This document shows positions 1 to 13,982 of a stretch of 64,000 bases of DNA, in pieces; position 1 is the first letter of the stretch; the number at the start of each line of letters is the position of its first letter. The DNA is from Chrysomallon squamiferum (lineage: Eukaryota; Animalia; Mollusca). The notes under the pieces were generated by a model, which was given only the letters and a program-made list of their open reading frames with translations, did not search any database and was not told the origin of the DNA. The position numbers were made by a program, and so were the translations under genes. The stretch lies in the NCBI GenBank assembly GCA_012295275.1, contig CM022667.1, forward strand, positions 11,036,001 to 11,100,000, in the 5' to 3' direction.

Positions 1-419
1 TTTTCTTTGGTTGAGTTCTGTTTACATTTCAACATTCGTAAGGATACTGTGTTAACTTGCGGTGCGTATTATAAACATATTTTTTTAAAATGGTGTTTCA
101 CTCGTAATAAAAATAGATGACAATATGTAATTTTGTAATGTTGTAGGTTTTAGGTGAAAAAAAAAAAAAAGAAGAAAAAAGAAGGTTTTGTACTTGACTG
201 TTCATTGAAAAGATTCTTCAATTTTAAATACATGGAAACATTTTTTAAAAATAGTTGTCTGACAGACATTTAAAAGACAAATCGTAAATATTTTTCAATG
301 AAATAGATTTGTTCAGTTTTCTTTCTTTCTTTTCTTTCTTTCTCCCTTCTTTCTTTACTTATATAACTACTACTACTACTACTACTACTAATAATAATAA
401 TAGCAATAATTCAATTATT

Positions 420-493
<74 letters not shown>

Positions 494-1606
494 TTAAGAA
501 AACAATAAAAAAAAAAAATTTGGATTTTTGTTAAGCACTGACTAACTAATTCAATCAAACACTTGATTCGTCATTCTTGTCTTGGCAGCTGATGTCAAAG
601 GTTATCAGATATTCTCAGTATAGAATCACTTCACCCTGTTTTCCTCTGTTGACCAATTTGTTTGAGTGGATTTTGTCTAAATTTAGATATCGTCTTATCG
701 AGGGGATGGAAAAATTATGAAAACAATGTACTTGAAAACGTGTTAATCTGAAATCCTGAGTTGTGAAGCTTCTCACGCACGCACATACTCACACACGCAC
801 ACTCACACAGACACACACACTCACATTTCAAATATAACATTCATGTCTTCATTTTGTTGAATATGTAAATATATTATAGATTTTTGATATATAAAACCCA
901 AGTTTCAAATTCCCAATTGAAAGTCGATGTGTATATATTTTATGGAGGTATTATAGAATAAAATATCTATTTCCAGGACAGTAAGTTTGAAACAATAAAA
1001 TTTTGTGCCTCTAGAATTTTTAGATGTTTTAAATATAACACTATCAATTTTTTACACGTTAATTTTGATATGAGAATGATCCGATACTTCGAAGAATCGA
1101 TTCTTTCTTTTATCGCGATATTTTATCGATATATCGACAGGCACTAAAATGTCTGTATTCCTGTATGTTATAGTCATTCTACATTTCTGAACAGGTAACG
1201 ACATCACCGTTAACGACAACATGTTAGCCTCAGTATATCTTCACAAGTCTAATGTAATAATAAATGCCATGCTTTATCATTGGCAAAGATTGGTCGCTAT
1301 TTCTAATAAAGCAACAACTTAACAACACATTCATAACCTTTTTACAGGGAGGGTATAATATCTTTTACCCCGATATGACTGCACAGTTATTGTTATGTAA
1401 TATACATCGCTTGTTTATTCGTTTAAGAGATAGAAAACTGCACACAAGCAAACTTATGAATTCACTACAAGTCTCTTTGCGAAACGTTAAGATAAGTAGA
1501 AGAAAATAAACAAAATATTTTTTAAAAAGTAATAATAACAGTTATAATAATAATTAAAAAAAAAAATTAAAAAAGTTTAATAAAATAAAATAAAAAAATA
1601 AAAAAA

Positions 1607-1644
<38 letters not shown>

Positions 1645-3830
1645 CAACAATAACAATCTCAACAACATATACAACAGCAACAATACAACAATAACTGCAA
1701 TAATAACAACAGCAACAACAGCAGCAGCAGCACAAACTATAACTAAAACATTAAAACAGAGTAGACACAATCGCGTGTGGCTGTGACAGAAGCAGTGTAC
1801 AGTGACAAACAGACACGCGGAAACCACAGTTTACTGACCCACTTGTTTTTGCTGCATTAACTTTAAATGCTCTTCTCAAATTACTGTCTACAGTGAAGTT
1901 TATTGGTGAATCGAAAAAAAGATGAAGAAGTAGAAAAAAGAAGGTGATGAAGAAGAAAGAAAAAAAGAAGAAGAATAAAAGAAGAAAATAAAAATAAGAA
2001 AAAATAAGGCAATGGAGAAAAAAGAAAGAAGAAAAATAAAGAAGAAGAAGAAAAGAAGTAGAAGAAAAAAAAACAAAGGAAGGAGAAAAGAAAGTAAGAA
2101 AGAACGTATTAATAAAGTACGAAAGAAAGAAAGAAACGAACAAACAAAGAAGAAGAAGAAGAAAGAATGACGAACAGATGGGATAGTTCAAAAACTGAAA
2201 AGTTGTACGTAAAGAAAATAATCAACCGTTCAGTTCTGCTGTATGTACCAAATGGTTATTTTCCTGATCTAGAAAGTGCTCTGTGTTGGTAATTCACAAG
2301 CATTAGTATGTGATCTCTTGTGTAAACCAAAACATTTATAAAATATATGTCGAAGATAATCGGTATAAGTAACCTAAAATAATTTTTATATACATAACGA
2401 AAACTGAAACTGAAATAATATTTGATAAAAGTTTACGTGAAGAAAACAAAATTCGTGAACGATTCAGAAATTAATATAAAAAAATATAACCTGATAATGA
2501 TGAGGATAATGATGATGCTTATAATGGTGATAATGACGACTTTGTTAAAGAGATAACTTTTGTTTATAATGTGTTTCTTATGTTTCAATAATTAATGGGC
2601 AGTTACTGAAGTTCAGAGAAATAAAATCAATAAATCATTATTATTTTTGTAAACGAAGTCTGTCATCACTCACATTATATCTTAACTAGTACGAGCTTTA
2701 GATTTTATAAAAAATATTAGATGAATGTCTGTGTGTCTGTGTGTGTGAGCCTGCATGCATATGTAATGTATATATTCAGGAAACTTATAAAAAATGTTTC
2801 ACGTTGCACGTGAAGAATACGTGAATCCCAACAATAGTTTGTAAACTGATCTCCATTTCTTTCCCTGCGATTAGAAACGACTCAGTCTGGTGGGACTTGT
2901 TGCACCATGTCCTATTATTGTTACATTTACGAACCCGTGTACGAATGACCCCTATCTCGCCATATCCCTCTCTTAACTGATAAACATTTATGTTTGTTTC
3001 CGCTTTTCAGTGTGACTTTACTGCACTCGGCGAATATTAGGACTGCCTCTGAGAACGTGTTTTAAGCGAGAGATGAAGAAAGAGAATAATAATAATGATA
3101 ATTTAATAATAATAATAATAATAGTAATAATAAATAAAATAAATAAATAAAACAGAAACAGGTAATATAATTATAATAGTTAAATAGTTAAATCAGTAGT
3201 AGTAGTAGTAGTAGTAATAGTCGAAATTGTAGTACTAATAGTAATAGTCGAGTAGTAGTGGTAATGGTAGTAGTAGTAGTAGTAATAGCGATAGCAGTAG
3301 TAATAGTAGCAGTGATGGTGGTAGTGATAGTTGTGGTGGTTGACGTAATGATAGAAATAATAACGAAAACTGTTGCAGCACATGTGATAGTAGCAACAGC
3401 AGAGATAAGTGTAGTAATAATTGATGATATTGTAGTCAACATTGTACCAGTAGCAACAGTAGTAGTGTAAGTATTAAAAATAGTGGCAGGAGCAAATAAC
3501 GAAACAATACGTTATTATTATTATTATTATTATTTATTATTATTATTATTATTATTAATGTATTATTATTGCTTTTATTTTTAAAAATTATTTTCATTAT
3601 CATTATTATTATTTTATCCTTGCTGTTGTTGTTGTTGTCGTTACCAGTCTTGTTGTTACATTCCTCTTCATTCCTTTTCATTACCTACATACTAATTATT
3701 ATCTACAATTCATACAAACCAGTCAAAAACTGTATGTATCCATCATCATTATTTAATCACATTCCCCAAAAAATACCACACATAATAATAATAATAATAA
3801 TATAATAACTATCTCTTATCGTCTGCTTCT

Positions 3831-4244
3831 CTATTTATTCGGCGAAACTAACTCCTCCGACGGGCGAATATTATCCACCAATGAACAGGGCCGACACAAA
3901 CACGAAGTCGGCTGCCGTATTCGGAATCTCACGTTCCGTAATTGCGTCGGCCTATCTTCGGTGGCGCACAGCATCGGGAATCTCCGTTCTACGCTCGTTC
4001 TTTCTTTGCAACAGACACAGGACCGTTCTATCTGGCCCGGCCGGCTGGATGGTTGCGAGTATGATTGACAGGTGCCAAGACAGCCGAAGGAGGGAATAGT
4101 TTTTGGCAGGCAGTAGCTAGACTGTACTCTGAGCTGTATGCGACGTCTTCGGCAGATTTCGCCCGTCGTGTTTCGCGTCAGTAGCATTACGGACAAAATG
4201 GCTGCCACTATCCTGCACGTGCAGCTTTCTGAAAGTTTCGACAT
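3831..4244 (-). CDS. Burs: Bursicon alpha-like cystine-knot hormone subunit, 137 aa, single coding exon
   Basis: Hydrophobic N-terminal signal peptide followed by 11 Cys in bursicon-alpha spacing. The motifs CLPKTIPSFGCLGTCQSY, ERSCVCCKE and PTSCLCRPC match recalled arthropod bursicon alpha (CVPKPIPSFACVGRCASY, ERSCMCCQE, PLECMCRPC). The acceptor tttccag lies 9 nt before the ATG (exon starts at 4253), so the 5' UTR is spliced. Confidence 0.85.
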   Translation of the reverse strand: MSKLSESCTCRIVAAILSVMLLTRNTTGEICRRRRIQLRVQSSYCLPKTIPSFGCLGTCQSYSQPSSRPGQIERSCVCCKERTSVERRFPMLCATEDRPTQLRNVRFRIRQPTSCLCRPCSLVDNIRPSEELVSPNK

Positions 4245-5441
4245 GGTGAAGGACTGGAAACAGATTGAAATGCGATGTTAGATAACTGTATTTAAAATAA
4301 ATAAATAAATAGATAAATAACAGGGAAAAAAATGTAATAAAATAAAAATAAACCATAAAAGAAACAAAACAAAAATAAAACAAAACAAAATCAAAACAAA
4401 ATAAAGAAACCAGACAAACAAACATAACATCCTCAGAATCATAATAATAATGATAATACAAACCGCGAAGAACAACAATAAAAACAACTGTAGTAATAAA
4501 CAGGGACATATAAATGAATATATGCATGTCTGTGTGTCTGTGTGTCTCCCGTCTACTTTCTGATGAGATGTAACCAACAGTAAAAGATTAAGTAGATAAA
4601 TCTTCAATTATTAAAATATTCAACATTCGATTTATTTAAAAACCCAAAAACAAATTCATAATCTTAAATATATATATATCTCTTTCTTCTCGTTAGGAAT
4701 CGATACACAAAGTAAAAATATTTTAAAATGTCTTACATATTAATTTTTACATACATACATATTCATCTAATAGAATTTAGTAAATTCAGTTATTAAACAT
4801 TATTCTATCGTCTAGAAAATATTGTGCTAATGTATGAGATAATGTTTTTCAGAAGCATTATAGAATTATCCAGGCCAAATTATAAGAATCTTGCATCTTC
4901 CAAAATTGTTGAAGTTAATTAAGAATCAGTTTCTTCCATCCCGTGTATTAACATTTTAAGGTTATATATTTTAAATATTCACCTTTTCTTAATTAACCTG
5001 TGTCATTTATAAATATATAATTAGTTTTTTTTGTGCTTGTCAAAATATGTGTTTGAAGATAACAATTATATACATACATACATATATACATTTACAAATT
5101 AAATAAAATATCTGTAAAAGTTTTTATAAATAAAAAACAAAAATCAAAACAATAATTGCTATAAATTTAAATAATAATAATAATAATAATAACAACAACA
5201 ACAACAACAACAACAAAAAGAAGAAGAAATGTAAACGACAATAGCAATAAATAAATAAATGCAAATCTATGTTTCAGCTGAATTACACGTTTAAATTAAA
5301 TAAATAATTTAGAAGAATTAAAAACAAAACGAAAACTGTGTATAACTGTAAGATTTAAAACTTACCTCAGTTGAATATCAACCACTATATCTTTTACCGA
5401 AAGATTATCATTTTTAAAAATGGTCTTCAGTTTTCCTTTCT

Positions 5442-5497
<56 letters not shown>

Positions 5498-6062
5498 TGT
5501 GTGATTGTGTGTTATAAATATTATTATATAAATGCACAGAATTATTTTCTAAAAATAATTTTATATATTAACTTTTTTTTAAAGTACCAGTTCATTATGT
5601 TCTTCAACCCTCCTTCAACAGTCAATAAAACAAATTAAAAAGAAAAAAAGAAAAGAAGAAGAAGAAAAAAAAAAGGAAGGAAGAAAAAAAAATATATATA
5701 CTCTATTGATTTTTCAGTGGGGAGATCTAAAAAAGAATGACGTTAAATGATTAATATTTTTATCGGAATTCAGTAAACCAGCATCTCTTTGGTTTAAAAG
5801 TAATTAAGTTTACTAAAAACAGATGTTCGTTATTATATTTTTTTATAGAGAATCATTAAAGATGAAATTAGTTCTGAATGATTTAGTTTGTGATGTTAAT
5901 GAGAGTAGATGAATGAAAATGATGAAGATAGAATGATACAGAGGTATGTAATTAATGAAAGAAAAATGGATGAAAAACGAAAAAAGAGAAAGTGAAACTG
6001 GTAGAATCTGAAATAAATTGTTGAATAAAGGAGTTAATGAGATATTCGTAATAAGAAATGAT

Positions 6063-6162
<100 letters not shown>

Positions 6163-6425
6163 TTGAAGCACGTGGTGTTTCTAAGAGGGTGAGATAGAAA
6201 AAGAGAGAACAAAAAACTGAAATGAAAGAGAGAATGAATATTAAATAAGAATAAATATTTCAACAGAAAAGAAATTTAAATTAATTAATTATAAGAAATA
6301 ACTGACGGAGTTATAAATAAAATCTTCAACATTTGAAATTCGGCTTTTAATACTGATAATGACGTAGAAAACTAAATCTGAATAAAGGGCAGTGGTAAAA
6401 CTGCTGTTTTAATAATGATAACAAC

Positions 6426-6478
<53 letters not shown>

Positions 6479-6800
6479 TAACATTTGTAATGTTATAATT
6501 AAGATGGTAATAATAACATTTATAATGAAATAAAATAGATTTGAGTTTACAATAAAATAAAACAAGATAAAACAGTAGTATAAATATAAAATTAACAGGG
6601 AATAAAATTAAATTAAAATTAAAAATTAAATAAAAATAAAAATAAATTAATTATAGAAGAATGAAAATATACAAAATTAAAGGGTGAAAAAAAATTCATA
6701 TAAAAGTTAAAATCGGAGAAAGACAGATAATAAAGAAAGAAACTAGCAGAAGCGACATATTTAGAAAATATCCACAAAAACACGAAACAACAAATCTAAC

Positions 6801-6950
6801 CTGGTCATGAGCAGACGACAGCCGTAAAACCGTCAAAACGACAACACCCTCTGTATGTAGCTACGGGGGCGACTCTGACCTATGTACGACATCCATGCAC
6901 TCGACTACACCTGCTGGGCAGGCAGGCAAGTCCTGGATATTCCAATCTTC
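6801..6950 (-). other. Candidate non-coding first exon of the bursicon-like gene
   Basis: GC-richer island ending in the minus-strand donor CCAG|GTTAG at 6801/6800. Its two ATGs open only short ORFs (possible uORFs). A second donor-like site GAG|GTAAG lies at 5366/5365. The upstream boundary is approximate. Confidence 0.35.
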
Positions 6951-7123
6951 TTGAAAACCGATCGAAAAGTTTAATTAACATTTTCAATAGGACGGCCATA
7001 GCGGGAAGGTAATTTAGAGTAATATGCCCTTTGGAAATGGTGGCTTCTTTATGCTGGTTGCATGTTATGTTTGTTTTTCTTTTCCATCTTTCTTTTTTTT
7101 TTGTTCTTTCTTTCTTTTACTTT

Positions 7124-7171
<48 letters not shown>

Positions 7172-7293
7172 CCCCGTTTTTGGGATGGATTCCAGTAAAT
7201 AAATAAAACTGAAGATTAAAATAAAAAAAAAAAAAAAAAAATTAAATTAACATAAAATGAAATAAAATAAATAAAAATAAATAAAAATTAAAA

Positions 7294-7328
<35 letters not shown>

Positions 7329-8676
7329 AGGAAAGAACAAACAAACAAACAAACAGACAAACAAATAAATAAATAAATACAAAATGACACACGTGTAGGT
7401 AAACAAATATATAAATAAGTAATAAAACAGACAGTAAATTAAAATAAGCCAGAATTTTTGTTTTCTTTACATGACACGGAATTAAATTAAGAACCTGGAA
7501 TAGGATTATTTTATTTGCCCTATTTTTTTTTTTTTTCACTCCTTAAACTGATGCCTCAGGTTTTATCCAAACCATTGATCGGATTGTTCACTCTCTCAAA
7601 TATTTTTGATTTCATTCTACTGTTTAATTATTATTTATTTTTTTCGGCTATGAATGAATGCATAAATGAATGAATGAATGACTAAATGAATGGATGAATG
7701 AATGAACGAATAAATAAATAAATGAATGAATGAATGAATGAATGAATGAATGAATAAATACAGATTTTTCCACTAATTTGTCGTTACCAGTGGAATTGAT
7801 TAAAATATTTTAAGTGGACAAAATAATAAAATAAAAGAAAACATAAATGAATGAATGAATGCACAAAGAAATAAAGAAATAAATAGATACAATTACTATT
7901 TCTATGTTGTGCTGATGAATACATATCTAGACTGATATTCTTGGACTGAAATGTATAAATATTAACTTTAAACCGTTTTACAAAAACAGCGGATATACTC
8001 TGTTTTTAATAACGTGTTCATCTATTTTAGATAACAAAACCTTAGTTTAATTTTTTTTTATTAATATGTTCTGTTGCTTATTTTATTTAGTATAATCTCT
8101 GGTACAAGCAAAAAAAAAACAACAAAAAAAAAAAAAAAAAAAAAAAAAACAAACAATAATAATGAAAAATGAATGAATGAATGAATGAATGAATAAATAA
8201 ATAAAATAAAATAAAATAAAATACAATAAAATACAAAAGCGATATAAATTTCCTTGCTTTTCTTTGCCGTCACTTTAACAGTTTCTCTCCATTTCTATTC
8301 TATTATTAAAAAAAACAACAACATTCGTTTGTATTTAGAGTAACAAAAAAAACAATATAAACAAAATAATTTTTAATTTTTTTTTTTAGCATTATAACTT
8401 ATCCATGCTGAGTGTATGATAATTCTGATAAGATATTTTTGTTTTGTTTAAAATGCGCAAAATTTGTTGAGTCATCAGAAACTGTTATCTCGTGATGTAA
8501 CGAAGTCAGAATAAGACGTGACAGATAACATTATTTCAGTGCTCGACAGGTGCTCTTTAAAACATAAATTACATAGCGTGGTACAGATTAAATACCTACT
8601 GTCTCTTTCTACCAGTGACTGTATCTCTCTCACTCTCTCTTTCTTTCTCTGCCTTTATCTCGATTTCTTCATCTCT

Positions 8677-8767
<91 letters not shown>

Positions 8768-9263
8768 TTTTCTTCAATCAAAAATACTAGTAATTGATTA
8801 TATTAGTATTATCGTTATTGTTGTTGTTGCTGTGGTTTGTGCTTATTTTAATATATATGATGTTATTTTAATATATAAAGAAAAAACACTGCGCTGTGGA
8901 TTTTCAAAATAAATTTATTAAATCCAGAAGCTTTCGCCAGCGAAAGAAATTTTATGTAGTAATGTAAAAATATTACAAAATATATACAAACAATATATAC
9001 AAAGTATATAATGTAATAAGTGCATATGTCAAATTAAAATTTAAAAATATACATTCAGAAAATATATTTACATATGTCATTTAGAAGATTCAAACAAATG
9101 TGTTCTCCAGTATTAATTAAATGGTTTCAATAGTACAAGCATAAGCAGCAGCAGCTGCAGTAGTACAGTAGTAGTAGTAGTAGCAGCAGCAGTAGCAGCA
9201 ACAGCAGCAGTTGGAGTACTGTAATAGTTAGTTTCAGTCATCAAAATCCACCGTTGTTAGATT

Positions 9264-10578
9264 TCAAGATTTTAGCGAATGCATCGACACCGAAGGCGAA
9301 GACATAACAAGACTCGGCGGCTTCGTTTTCTCGCGCTCGGCATTCTGGGCATTTTGGTCGTCTTCGTCGTGGATCGTGTCGTACTTCGGGTGACCTCGTT
9401 TTCCTTTAAAGTACAGATTGGTCACCGGATAGGACACTTCTGTGTCGTAAATTCCGTCGTCGTTCCAGTGATCCGCCAAAAACCTTTGCCACTTGTTTCT
9501 GTTGTATAGGTAATAGGCAACACCGGCAATGAGTAGAACGAAAGCGAGACTTCCAAATGTTGCTCCGAGAATCAGAGCCGTGTTGTCTTTTGCTAGTTGT
9601 TCTGTTTCAGTTTCTGAAATAAACGGAAAAAGGAGAAACATAATCATATAGTGATAATGATGTCGATGGTGGTGATAATGGTAGTTGTAGTTGCTGTAGT
9701 AATATTGGCTGAGGATGAATAGTGGCACTAGTAATTGAAGTAGTAGTAATGGTAACAGTAGCAGCAAAAGTAATAGTAGTAGTAGTAGTAGTAGTTGTTG
9801 TTGTTGTTGTAATGGTAGTAGTAACAGTAGAAGCAAGAATTAGAACAGGGTAAAAAGGTGCATAGTGAAATAGTTGAAATGTATGTGATGTATAGCATAA
9901 ATGTATTGATGTATTCATTGACCTTATTTATTTATTTATTTATTCACATATTTATTTATTTATTTATTTGTTCATTCATTCATTCATTCATTCAATAGTT
10001 CATTCACTTATTTAATTATTTTTTTATTTATATGTATTTATTTCGATTTATAAAATTTTTTTATTTGCTATTAAAGTATTTCCATTCTTAGCCGTTCAGT
10101 TAAACTGTTAATGTTCGAATCTGCGAAAAGGAAATCAATACAGAAGTGCTTATTCGATCTCCTATTATCGAAACAAAATTACAGCATTCTCTAACTACTC
10201 TAATTTATTTTAATTTATCAAACTTTTGAATCATGGGACAATGCCAAGAATGGGAAAACAGACATTTGGATGCTTTGTGCAGGACTGATCCAGAGTCCTG
10301 TCAGGACCGATGTGAAAGCTTAGCCACTTAGCTGTAAACAGCTGTTTTTGTCGACAGAACGCGGTAGACTGGTACTCACCAGAGCAGTTCGCTTCATCGC
10401 TCCCGTCCCGCACTGATTGTAGTGGTCACACCTCAGACTGTCAGAAATACACAGACTGTTGTTACATTTGAACTGACTGCTACCACACGGAGCTGCAAGG
10501 AAAATAAAATAATGAATAATAATAAATAAATTGAAAAAAATAATAATAATAAACAGTGAATAAATAAAACTTTTTAAA

Positions 10579-10628
<50 letters not shown>

Positions 10629-11973
10629 TAAAATAAATAAACAAATAAATAAAAATGAAATGGAATTCAGTAATGATCTGTACCAACCAGAGAATATTTA
10701 TTTATATTACGAATCATTACAATATTTTTTAATATTAGCATTTAAAATATATTTGCCACTTTGCCATTATTTCATCTAATTTTATCAATGCAATGAATGT
10801 TCAAACATGCACCATCCCATGGATCAAAAACATAAATAAAGGTCTTCGCTAGTCATTATGGAGCATTGAATAGAACGTGAAATAGCTGAATAGTGAACTG
10901 ACTTTATTTGATCCTGCAACTTATCATGTATCAATCGAGCGCTCAGTCTGTGCACTGAAATCCTTTTATAACAATATTCAACCGACTGCAGTGAAATCGG
11001 ATACGTATAATGGTTAATGCAAATAAATCTATTTTTAGGAATGTATCCACCTGTTTTTGTTTAAATATTTATAATTAGGACATTTACATATTCTCACGAG
11101 TCATCCAATTAGCAATTCAAACTCTCAGTTGAATCGGATGTATTATTCTATGGCGAGTATTCCGGAAACTGACGAAAATAGTCGCAAACAGCCGACCTAA
11201 GGAAACCGGTTCTGCTGTTTTGTAATAGTGTCTGTGCACTGAAATCCTTTTATAACAATATTCAACCGACTGCAGTGAAATCGGATACGTATAATGGTTA
11301 ATGCAAATAAATCTATTTTTAGGAATGTATCCACCTGTTTTTGTTTAAATATTTATAATTAGGACATTTACATATTCTCACGAGTCATCCAATTAGCAAT
11401 TCAAACTCTCAGTTGAATCGGATGTATTATTCTATGGCGAGTATTCCGGAAACTGACGAAAATAGTCGCAAACAGCCGACCTAAGGAAACCGGTTCTGCT
11501 GTTTTGTAATAGTGTCTTGAAGAGTAATACAACAGAAGGACGAACAAGATTTAATTTTGATATTTCAAGTAATATTTATGATCAAATATTTATTAAAACT
11601 GACTTTATTTTCAGAAATATTCATATTAAAGTAAAAGTGTACTTGTAGTGAAAAAAAAAAGATTTAACTTTGAAATTTCAAGAAATATTTATTAAAGCTG
11701 ACTTTATTTTTAGAAATATTAACATTCGAGTAAAAGTATACTTGTAGTGATCCTAAGAAATTATTTCTGCACAATTCTTAACTATTATTCGCTGTTGGCC
11801 ACCAATATTTCCTGATAATAACGTGCAATACTACATCTTTGTTTCCTAATTAATAAATAAAATAAAATAAAATGAAATAAAATAATAAAACTCCAGAAAA
11901 CTGAGTCTATCTGTCCCTTTTTCTCCAAGTTTCATTCTTATCATTTTTTATAATTTTTTTGTATTATTTTGAA

Positions 11974-12034
<61 letters not shown>

Positions 12035-12206
12035 TGTTGTTGTTGTTGTTATTTTGGTTGGTGTATCTCGTTATTTCAATTATTAATAATCAACTATTAC
12101 TAATAGTAATCATAAACAATTAAAAATAGTGTTAAGGAAGATAACTCATAAACGAAACTTAATAGATCGTTTAGGAGTTATCGTTCTTCTTTGAAACTAA
12201 TAAAAT

Positions 12207-12288
<82 letters not shown>

Positions 12289-13710
12289 TTTCTACGTTAT
12301 GAGTAATAATTATAATTTTTCTCAAGTGTTATAATTAAATGTATACAAAGTACTGTCCAGCACTGTCTATTAAATACCTGTTTATCAACAATGGGATTAT
12401 GACCTTTGTTCATGACATTAATCTTCTTTTAAGCTAAGTAATAAATTAAACACAAATTCACCTGTATTAATTTCTACAAACAGCAAGCTAAATCCACGAA
12501 ACATTCCCGATGCGTCTGTTTTGAAGTATAACGTAACCACATTTCCTGTTGACGTAATATTGGACGGCAAGGATACCCCACACAGAGGTTCAGAGGTCAG
12601 TTTTGGACTTGTTGTGCCACTTCCGTCGTAAAAATCAACGTAATCAACGCACGTGCCGCTTATCTTGGTTTCGAGTTCGAAGCGCTGGAAAAGGGAGAGC
12701 ACTCTCTTTCCAGGCGTCACTGTAAGCTGGTAGGTACAGCTGACGTCATTGAAATACGTCAGACGTGTACTGCTTTCCAACCATCGACTGGTGGATGCGG
12801 AAACTTTGCTGTTGCAAGCGGTGGGAAAATAGTCTGTTTAATATAAATAAATAAATAAATAAATAAAAGATTGAAAAGTAAATAATGTAAAATAAAATAA
12901 AAAAAATAAAAAATAAATAAAAATAAATTAAATAATGATGATGATGACGATGACAATATTGAAAAATAAAAATATAAATAAATAAAATAATGATGATGAT
13001 GATGATTAAGTAAATTGGAACTATCAACAAAGAAAGAATCAAAATGATTAGGTAAATAAGTAAATGACAAAAGTGACATTTCGAAAATAAATAAAAAATG
13101 ATGATGATGATATTGATAACAAAATAGAATATAAAATTAAATAAATAGAACAATGATAATGATGGTGATACAAACTGAGAGTATAAACAAAGAAATAAAT
13201 AAAATTAAAGGCAAATAAATAAATGACAAAAACAAATACATAATAATAAAACAGTAGCAATAACAGAAACGACAACAACAACGAAAACAACATCATCATC
13301 AACAACAACAATAATAACTACTACTACTACTACCACTATTATTATTGTTGTTGTTGTTGTTGTTGTTATTATTATTATTATTATTATTATAAAGATAAAA
13401 CATACATATACACTGAAGAAGAAAAAAAAATATAGTCTACTTAGTTCAGTCTATTCACCTGCTTATATATGTTCACAAACGTTAATGTTTACCGAGAATA
13501 AAAACCTGTCATTGACTCATATAATAAGCCTGTTACACTTAACGTTAAATATAAACGAACACGTATGTTGGATTAAGTTAATAATAAACAGACCTAGTAA
13601 GTTAAAAGTTACTTACCTATAGTTAGCGAAGCTGCATAGTTAAGAAAGAACGAATACAACACAAAAACACAAACACTGGAATCAACAAATCTCGAAAATA
13701 CGGATTTCAT
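9264..13710 (-). CDS. Signal peptide + CUB + LDLa + TM type I membrane protein (LDLRAD2/MIG-13-like architecture), ~309 aa, 4 exons
   Basis: Exons: 13617-13710 (MKSVFSRF...AASLTI, signal peptide), 12462-12833 (CUB: CNSK...CTYQL...FELE...CVDYVDFYDG...LCG...FKTD...RGF), 10380-10492 (LDLa: CGSSQFKCNNSLCISDSLRCDHYNQCG/DGSDEANC), 9264-9613 (TM ALILGATFGSLAFVLLIAGVAYYLY plus Tyr-motif tail). All introns are GT-AG and phase 1, except that exon 3 is 1 nt short. PolyA-signal candidate at 8914-8919. Confidence 0.85.
10946..11517. repeat. Exact tandem duplication, 2 x 284 bp, in intron 2 of the CUB-LDLa gene
   Basis: 10946-11229 and 11230-11513 are identical by eye. GTCT occurs at 10946, 11230 and 11514. 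Confidence 0.92.
11560..11750. repeat. Older diverged direct repeat (~75-90 bp, two copies)
   Basis: aaatatttattaaa(a/g)ctgactttatttt(c/t)agaaatatt...gtaaaagt(g/a)tacttgtagtga occurs twice. Confidence 0.7.
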
Positions 13711-13729
13711 TTTGTTAAGCGCTGTTGTT

Positions 13730-13883
13730 TATAGATCCGCCATTACGCACTGAACATACTGGCTGTTTACAAATGGCGGTCGTTGCGCGGTTACAAGGTC
13801 AGACGAGACCAGATTATCGTCTGCTTTAAACTGGTTGTTCTCTTTTATGTGGAAGAAGTGAACCGTTTGGGAAACAGGTAAGT
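13730..13883. promoter_or_regulatory. CpG-containing promoter island of the CUB-LDLa gene, possibly bidirectional
   Basis: Lies immediately upstream of the ATG at 13710. Contains inverted YY1-like cores CCGCCATT (13737-13744) and AATGGCGG (13772-13779), TGTTTAC, CAAGGTCA, and a perfect plus-strand donor CAG|GTAAGT at 13877/13878. Confidence 0.45.
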
Positions 13884-13935
13884 AATAAAGTTGCGAGTGT
13901 TTTACAGTCTAGAATTTTCTTCTTCTTCTTCTTCT

Positions 13936-13982
<47 letters not shown>

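Noticed and set aside
2944-2958. 14-mer aatgacccctatct shared with ~19318
   Set aside because: A single match of this length is expected by chance in 64 kb, and the flanks do not align.
10231-10413. ORF MRDGSDEANCSGEY... as a separate gene
   Set aside because: It is the frameshifted 3' end of the LDLa exon reading into the intron.
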